DNA of 64,000 nucleotides from Escherichia coli (GTDB lineage Bacteria; Pseudomonadota; Gammaproteobacteria; Enterobacterales; Enterobacteriaceae): NCBI RefSeq assembly GCF_044324875.1, contig NZ_CP172185.1; one strand, 5' to 3'. Shown piece by piece: positions 57,218 to 64,000 of this stretch (position 1 is its first letter; each line of letters starts with the position of its first letter). The notes under the pieces were generated by a model. It saw only the letters and a program-made list of their open reading frames with translations, ran no database searches and was not told where the DNA came from. The position numbers and the translations under genes were made by a program.

Positions 57218-58867
57218 TTACTGATTTTCCTCAATCAACAACGCTTCAAGCAAATCGAGATCGTGCAGTAATTTTTGCAGCGTTTCGTTGCTGATCTCCC
57301 GCGTGGCGCGCAGGTGGTACAGTTCAGCACGTTCAGAACGCAATGCCGCCAGACGGAAGCGACGCTCAAGGTTCTCTTCCTGCACGGAACTTTCAACGTC
57401 GTTACGTCCATCGGCGCGACGACGCAGGTTACCAATGACGCGAGAACTGACCTCCGTAAGCAGCTGGTTATCGATATTCTCTTCGGTATCCGCCGCCAGA
57501 CGCTCCTCCATTTTCTGGATCGCCACAATCGCCACTTCTGCCGTTGCCGCTCGCGCAATACGTTCCTCTTTCAATTGTTGCGAATGGTCCGCGACTTCAA
57601 TGTGTTGTAGCAGAATAGGCAACATCACCACGCCGACAAACAGCGAGAAGAGAATGACACCAGCCGCCAGGAATACCAGCTCATAGCGCGCCGGGAAGAC
57701 GTTACCATCCGGCAAGAGCAGCGGGATAGAGAGCACACCGGCCAGAGTGATCGCCCCACGCACCCCGGCGAAAGACGCGATCAGGATTTCTCGTGTGGTC
57801 CACGAACCAAACTCCATCGGCTTCTTCTTCAGGAAGCGGTTACTGAACTTTTTCATCGTCCACAGCCAGCCGAAACGGACCAGCATCAGCGCCGCATAAA
57901 TCAGAATGATATCGGTAAACAGCATCCAGATTTCGACGTTAGGGTCGATTTCTGCCGCCATCAGCGACGTCTCCAGAATACCCGGCAGCTGCAGACCTAA
58001 CAGCAGGAATACCATGCCGTTAAAGACAAATTCCAGCATCGCCCAGGTACTGTTTGCGCGCAGGCGCATTGCCAGCGGCGCACGGCGCATCACACCGGAG
58101 CGGGTGATGGTCATCCCGGCGGCAACCGCAGCGAGGATGCCGGAAACGCCAATATGTTCGGCAATCAGATAAGAAGCGAATGGCAGCAAGAACAGTAGAA
58201 CAATCTGCGTCGCGGGTTCATCACCGCCCCAGCGGCTGAGGAATCGCAGCGAGCGACCGTACAGCCAGCTCACCACAAAACCGGCGAGAATACCGCCAAT
58301 GGCTACTTTCATAAATTCGACCGTCGCACCGCCAACGGTGAAGATCATCGTCCCCATCGCCACTGCTACGGCAAACTTCAACGACACCAGGCCAGAGGCG
58401 TCATTCATCAACGCTTCGCCCTGCAAAATGCCCATGATTTTTTTCGGGATGCGCCCTTCGCCAACAATCCCGGAGAGCGCCACAGCATCGGTCGGAGAAA
58501 GCACCGCCGCCAGCGCAAAGGCGGGGATCAGCGGAATGCCCGGCACCACCCAGTAAATAAGGAAGCCAATGCCGACCACGGTGACCACCACCAGCGCCAG
58601 CGCGAGGCCGAAAATCTCTCGACCATGTTCGAGAAATTCACGGGTCGGCGTTTTCCAGCCATCAGCGAACAGCAACGGCGGGATAAACAAGACTAAAAAG
58701 AGTTCAGGATCAAACTCCACATGCAAACCAAACGTCGGCCACGCCAGTAGCGCACCGATGGCGATTTGCATAAGCGGAAGCGGGATCTGAAAGGGCATGA
58801 CACGAGTGACCACCCCGGACAGCGAGACCACGAGGGTCATTATCAGTATGGTGAAGAAGATTTCCAT
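57218..58867 (-). CDS. yjcE: Na+/H+ exchanger (CPA1 family)
   Basis: 549 aa; about 12 TM helices plus charged cytoplasmic C-terminus. Confidence 0.9.
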   Translation of the reverse strand: MEIFFTILIMTLVVSLSGVVTRVMPFQIPLPLMQIAIGALLAWPTFGLHVEFDPELFLVLFIPPLLFADGWKTPTREFLEHGREIFGLALALVVVTVVGIGFLIYWVVPGIPLIPAFALAAVLSPTDAVALSGIVGEGRIPKKIMGILQGEALMNDASGLVSLKFAVAVAMGTMIFTVGGATVEFMKVAIGGILAGFVVSWLYGRSLRFLSRWGGDEPATQIVLLFLLPFASYLIAEHIGVSGILAAVAAGMTITRSGVMRRAPLAMRLRANSTWAMLEFVFNGMVFLLLGLQLPGILETSLMAAEIDPNVEIWMLFTDIILIYAALMLVRFGWLWTMKKFSNRFLKKKPMEFGSWTTREILIASFAGVRGAITLAGVLSIPLLLPDGNVFPARYELVFLAAGVILFSLFVGVVMLPILLQHIEVADHSQQLKEERIARAATAEVAIVAIQKMEERLAADTEENIDNQLLTEVSSRVIGNLRRRADGRNDVESSVQEENLERRFRLAALRSERAELYHLRATREISNETLQKLLHDLDLLEALLIEENQ

Positions 58868-58969
58868 GCGTTCCCTGTTTGCGATGTTTTTTATGATCTG
58901 AGAAAGACGTTATGCCTGAATTCTCATTTTTTCAGAATATCGCAAAAGCTCACACAATGTGCGGAGAAA

Positions 58970-59000
58970 ATAAAAACGGGCAGCCATTGCCACCCGTTTT
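58970..59000 (-). terminator. Probable terminator downstream of ghxP
   Basis: Minus-strand aaaacgggtggcaatggctgcccgttttt; imperfect stem followed by T-run. Confidence 0.4.
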
Positions 59001-59017
59001 CAGAATCATATGAAAGA

Positions 59018-60367
59018 TTAGATAGCCCAGCCACCCGCATAGAAGGTCACCAGCGCCACAGCGATAACGACCGTACCGATGTTCAACTTGCGCCATTCGC
59101 CGGAAACCAGACGACCAATCACCAGAGTCGCGAAGCCGATCATGATGCCTGTTACGATGTTACAGGTCAGCACGATGAATACCGCCGTAACCAGACCCGC
59201 CATCGCATCAACAAAATCAGCAAAGTCGATTTTCGCCACGTTGCTCAGCATCAGCAGGCCAACGTACATCAGCGCTGGAGCCGTTGCGTACCCAGGAACG
59301 AGGTAAGAGAGCGGAGAGAGGAACAGAATCAGCAGGAACAGCACGCCAACGGTGATAGCCGTCAAACCGGTTTTACCGCCCGCCGCCGTACCCGCCGCAG
59401 ACTCAATGTATACCGCTGCCGGAGCTGCCCCCACCAGGCCAGAGAAAACGCTGCTCATGGAGTCAGTGGTCAGTGCTTTCCCGCCGTCGATGATCTGCCC
59501 GTCTTTATCCAGCAGGTTCGCCTGGCCGGCGACGGCACGGATAGTTCCGGTGGCATCAAATACTGCCGTCATCACCAGCGCCAGAACGCTTGGCAGGACT
59601 ACAGGATTCAGCGCGCCCATAATGTCCAGGCTGCCAATCAGTGAATTGCCGTTTTCATCGCTCAATGAAGGCATGGCGAAAACGCCGGAGAAATGGACGT
59701 TAGGATCGAAGATCAAACCGACAATTGAGATACCGATAATGGTCAGCAGAATGCCACCAGGGACTTTCAGTTTTTCCAGGCCGATGATCACCGCCAGACC
59801 TACCAGTGACATAATCACCGGGAAGGTCGCGAAATCACCCAGCGCAACGGGCAGACCATCAAGCGGGTTTTTAATCACCAGACCGACACCATTAGCGGCA
59901 ATGAGCAGCAGGAACAGACCGATACCGATCCCCGTGCCGTGCGCCACACCGTGCGGCAAGTTGCGCAAAATCCAGCTACGGATACCCGTGGCAGAAATTA
60001 CCGTAAACAGTACACCCATCAGGAACACAGCACCCAGCGCGACAGGTACGCTAATATGTTGCCCCAGCACCAGACTGAATGCGGTAAACGCCGTCAGGGA
60101 GATGGCGCAACCAATCGCCAACGGCAGATTAGCCCACAGACCCATCACGATAGAACCGAGTCCGGCAACCAGACAGGTCGCAACGAAAACTGCCGCAGGC
60201 GGGAAGCCTGCTTTACCCAACATGCCTGGAACGACGATAACCGAGTAGACCATCGCCAGAAATGTTGTTAACCCGGCAACCACTTCCTGACGGACAGTGC
60301 TTCCACGTTGTGAAATTTTAAACCAGGCGTCGAGTGAACCGCCGGTACGCGCTGATGGCGTAGACAT
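59018..60367 (-). CDS. ghxP: Guanine/hypoxanthine permease (NCS2 family)
   Basis: 449 aa polytopic membrane protein; recognised YjcD/GhxP sequence. Confidence 0.9.
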
Positions 60368-60779
60368 AAGAAAACATCCCCTGAGAGTTTAATTTTCGTC
60401 AAGATGCGTGGCGGACAATCCCCTGCCAGCGAAACGTTATCTTCCTGCTCCAGGTTTGCGACAAATTGGTGCGTCGCAAAAAAGCAAACGTTTAGCTCCG
60501 CGCATACAAAACGGGTGGTAAAAAAAGCAAACGATTATCCGGCGATCATAGCGGCTTTTTCAACCGAAGTTTGCTGCTTTTTTCTCTTTTATTGTCTTGA
60601 CGATGAAAAACCAGGCAATTGATGCGCAAACGTTATCGTCGATGCGCAAGATTGCAGCGTTATCGAGCCGCATACCGTTCAGGATTGCGATAAAAAATCG
60701 TCTGAGATGACAAAAATATTGCGGCTAAAAAGTGTACTTTTACACTGGAGAAGAAACGCCGGTGACATACAATTAAAGC

Positions 60780-60920
60780 ATCAACACCAACCGGAACCTC
60801 CACCACGTGCTCGAATGAGGTGTGTTGACGTCGGGGGAAACCCTCCTGTGTACCAGCGGGATAGAGAGAAAGACAAAGACCGGAAAACAAACTAAAGCGC
60901 CCTTGTGGCGCTTTAGTTTT
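60780..60920 (+). ncRNA. ryjA: Candidate small RNA RyjA, convergent with soxR and sharing its terminator
   Basis: Positional inference from the K-12 map (sRNA between soxR and ghxP) plus a terminator hairpin at 60894-60914; 5' boundary is a guess. Confidence 0.35.
60894..60914. terminator. Bidirectional hairpin at the soxR 3' end
   Basis: aaagcgcc cttgt ggcgcttt with T-run downstream on plus and A-run upstream. Confidence 0.5.
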
Positions 60921-61377
60921 GTTCATCTTCCAGCAAGCGTGCGCCGGTACCTTCTTCTCCTAAGCGGTCGCCCGGGTTACGCAATGGGCAATCACTGCGC
61001 GAAAGGCAGCCACAACCAATACATCCGTCCAGCTCGTCACGCAGCGCCACTAAGGTATGAATGCGCCGATCCAACTCTTCTCGCCATTGGGACGAAAGCT
61101 GTTTCCACTCTTTCGCACTTAATGTATGCCCTTCGGGCAACACGCCAAATGCTTCACGAATGGTCGCCAGCGGAATGCCAATACGCTGAGCAATTTTGAT
61201 GATTGCGACATATCGCAACACATCACGTTTATATCGCCGCTGATTGCCACTATTACGGATACTGCTAATCAACCCTTTGCTTTCATAGAAATGCAGCGCC
61301 GATACCGCCACACCGCTGCGTTTTGCCACTTCGCCGGGGGTTAGCAGCGCTTTAATGCGGGGTAATTTCTTTTCCAT
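60913..61377 (-). CDS. soxR: Redox-sensing MerR-family regulator with [2Fe-2S] cluster
   Basis: 154 aa; MerR HTH and C-terminal [12 protein letters not shown] cluster motif. Confidence 0.95.
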   Translation of the reverse strand: MEKKLPRIKALLTPGEVAKRSGVAVSALHFYESKGLISSIRNSGNQRRYKRDVLRYVAIIKIAQRIGIPLATIREAFGVLPEGHTLSAKEWKQLSSQWREELDRRIHTLVALRDELDGCIGCGCLSRSDCPLRNPGDRLGEEGTGARLLEDEQN

Positions 61378-61388
61378 AAATCGCTTTA

Positions 61389-61406
61389 CCTCAAGTTAAC
61401 TTGAGG
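61389..61406. promoter_or_regulatory. SoxR operator in the soxS promoter
   Basis: Perfect palindrome CCTCAAGTTAACTTGAGG in the soxR-soxS divergent spacer. Confidence 0.7.
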
Positions 61407-61462
61407 AATTATACTCCCCAACAGATGAATTAACGAACTGAACACTGAAAAGAGGCAGATTT

Positions 61463-61786
61463 ATGTCCCATCAGAAAATTATTCAGGATCTTATCGCATG
61501 GATTGACGAGCATATTGACCAGCCGCTTAACATTGATGTCGTCGCAAAAAAATCAGGCTATTCAAAGTGGTACTTACAGCGGATGTTCCGCACGGTGACG
61601 CATCAGACACTTGGTGATTACATTCGCCAACGCCGCCTGTTACTGGCCGCCGTTGAGTTGCGCACCACCGAGCGTCCGATTTTTGATATCGCAATGGACC
61701 TGGGTTATGTCTCGCAGCAGACCTTCTCCCGCGTTTTCCGTCGGCAGTTTGATCGCACTCCCAGCGATTATCGCCACCGCCTGTAG
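61463..61786 (+). CDS. soxS: AraC-family superoxide response activator
   Basis: 107 aa; recognised SoxS sequence (MSHQKIIQDLIAWIDEHIDQPLNIDVVAKKSGYSKWYLQRMF…). Confidence 0.95.
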   Translation: MSHQKIIQDLIAWIDEHIDQPLNIDVVAKKSGYSKWYLQRMFRTVTHQTLGDYIRQRRLLLAAVELRTTERPIFDIAMDLGYVSQQTFSRVFRRQFDRTPSDYRHRL

Positions 61787-61788
61787 TT

Positions 61789-63375
61789 TTATTGCCCGCG
61801 CGTTAACTCCCGCGCGGGTAATTGCTCCATCCATTGCATAAACACCTGCGGCGGCATCGCCTTCGCAAAGAACCATCCCTGGCAATAGCGCACGCCGCGT
61901 TTGCGCAGCCAGTTAACCTGTTCCTCAGTTTCGACGCCTTCAGCGATCGTTTTTAACCCCAGACTGTGCGCCAGCTCGATGATGTGTTCCGCAATCAAAT
62001 GACTGGTTTTATGGGTGGTCAGCGTCTCAACAAACGATTTATCGATTTTCAAAATATCGACATTCAATGATTTAAGGTTATGCAAGTTAGAGTAGCCAAT
62101 ACCAAAATCATCAATTGCCACTTCGTAACCAGCCTGGCGGAAAGCCAGAATAATCGGCGTCATTTTGTCGACATCAAGAAATGCATGTTCAGTCACTTCA
62201 AATTTAATTTGCTGCGGACGCACCGCATATTGCTCTGTTTTCTGGTTGGTTCGCGCTATCAACCGTGACGTATGAAAATCGGAGGCCGACAGGTTAATAG
62301 AAACATAGCGATCGACATGTGTTGCCAGGTACACGCCCAGATCGCGGAAGACATTATCAATAACATAATCAGTTATCTGTTCGATCATCCCCTCCTTTTC
62401 TGCCAGCGGAATAAACTCTGCCGGATTCATTACTTGCCCCTGCTCACCAGGCCAACGTATCAATGCTTCAGCGCCGGTACATTTTTCTGTTTTGATATCG
62501 ATTATTGGCTGGTAATAAAGGCAAAGTTGATGTTTTTCGAGGGCGCGTTGCAATTTGCGTTTGGGAGACAAATAGTTTTGTCGAATACGTAGCCAGAGTA
62601 ATAACAGAACAAGACTCCCCAAAATACCGGCGGGTAACGCAAAAATAAGATGATTATAAAAATGCGCTATAAGACGTTGATATGAAGTCGCAACAATGGC
62701 TGCAATCGGGCGTTTTGTCGAATAAACTGTCGCATATAAATAGCCATTTCTTTGTACGGTTAAATCATTCAAATGAATCAGCGGAGAAAACGTTGCTGCC
62801 GAGGCCTCGTTGCTTAACGAGAAAAAGGTTTTTGTCACCGTATCATACACACCCCATTGCAATGTCGGATCATCGGACATCACTTCACTCCAGAAGAGAG
62901 GGTTGATAACCGCCACATAATTTCCCCGCTGCATATAGGTCATTTTATAGCCAGAGAAAAAAGGCGTATCGCGGTAATAATAGATAGAAACGTTAGGTTC
63001 ACGCTTATAATCGGCCGGTGCAATCGTATAGCCGTTTACAGGCGCTATCAGCGATGAGCATAAAAAATGGTTATCACGGGCATAGATCAATTCATTAATA
63101 TAAAGATAGCCACGAATAATATTCAACATTCGCTTTTGATGGGCTGGAGTGCAAACTTGCCCCTGATAGCGTTCAGCAGCATCGCTCACTAAATCTGCCT
63201 GGCGAATGACCAGCTCGGATTTATCCAGCGCCAGCTGAGCAAAAGTTTGGAGCTGGCTATTCACTTCTGATTTTGCCCAAAGGAAGGCAATCCATAGCGA
63301 CAGAATGATGGGAAAGAGAACTAAAAAGATAATGCCCGGCAACGCCAGTAATTGGTGTCGTGCACGATGACTCAT
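61789..63375 (-). CDS. pdeC: c-di-GMP phosphodiesterase with periplasmic CSS domain and EAL domain
   Basis: About 528 aa; N-terminal TM plus periplasmic Cys-containing domain, second TM, C-terminal EAL domain (…TGAEALIRW…). Start approximate. Confidence 0.9.
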
Positions 63376-63804
63376 TGCTATCAATTTCCTGCCTGTTTAT
63401 ACCCGGCCATTGCAAGGTGAAAACCCTGGGCACCGACGTCTTTAGATAAATCTTACGGTATAAATAGCACTTTTGCCTGATTTGAAATTGATACCTTTTT
63501 AATGGTCACCTGAATAAAAATAATTCATTGATATTCAAATTAATTTTCTACAGGAATGCAGAGGCGGCGGGAAGATATGCCCTTAATGCCACTGAAAAAA
63601 CCACATAATCTGTACGGCAATAAAAGTCACGGCCTAATCTGGCTAACAAACAATCAATTGTGATATAGTTCACAAAATTAATGAAACAAACAGAGTGTTT
63701 CATTTTTGTGTCCTGCAAGCCCCGCGATAGCCAGATTGTATCACGCCTCCCGTGAACAACGCCGCGCTGTCCGAGGCATCGGCTCTTTTCAGAGGAATTG
63801 TTTG

Positions 63805-64000
63805 ATGGCTACCCTCACCACTGGCGTGGTTCTTCTTCGCTGGCAACTTCTTAGTGCCGTAATGATGTTTCTGGCCAGCACACTCAACATCCGTTTTCGT
63901 CGGTCTGATTATGTCGGGCTTGCAGTGATCAGCAGCGGTCTGGGCGTGGTTTCTGCCTGCTGGTTCGCAATGGGGTTGCTTGGTATCACAATGGCGGATA
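63805..64000 (+). CDS. yjcB: Small membrane protein YjcB, 5' part (continues beyond window end)
   Basis: ATG at 63805 opens a hydrophobic frame (MATLTTGVVLLRWQLLSAVMMFLAS…) running to the end of the window; missing from the ORF track because no stop lies within the window. Confidence 0.6.
   Translation, partial: MATLTTGVVLLRWQLLSAVMMFLASTLNIRFRRSDYVGLAVISSGLGVVSACWFAMGLLGITMAD

Overview
This window reads as conserved Escherichia coli chromosomal backbone, in reverse-complement orientation relative to the K-12 map, and I did not find a convincing novel or undescribed system. Gene order is fumB (3' part) - yjdF - melB/melA - melR - adiA - adiY - adiC - eptA - basR - basS (with pmrR overlapping its 3' end) - proP - yjcZ - crfC(yjdA) - phnA - phnB - the 14-gene phnCDEFGHIJKLMNOP C-P lyase operon - yjdP - a truncated rpiB remnant - yjcS - ytcA - mdtNOP - fdhF (in-frame UGA selenocysteine codon) - yjcO - gltP - nrfGFEDCBA - acs - yjcH - actP - yjcF - yjcE - ghxP - (ryjA) - soxR/soxS - pdeC - yjcB (5' part). 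Coding density is high, with about 75 protein genes nearly all recognisable from motifs and my recall of K-12 proteins. I found no tRNA, rRNA, CRISPR array, IS element, integrase or prophage signature. The most notable departures from the K-12 picture are the absence of the allose (als) operon with only a truncated rpiB left between yjdP and yjcS, an apparently intact phnE, and a GC-rich inverted-repeat element between phnP and yjdP. All identifications rest on reading the sequence and recalled protein families; no database search was run, so gene names are recognition-based and start codons are approximate where noted.
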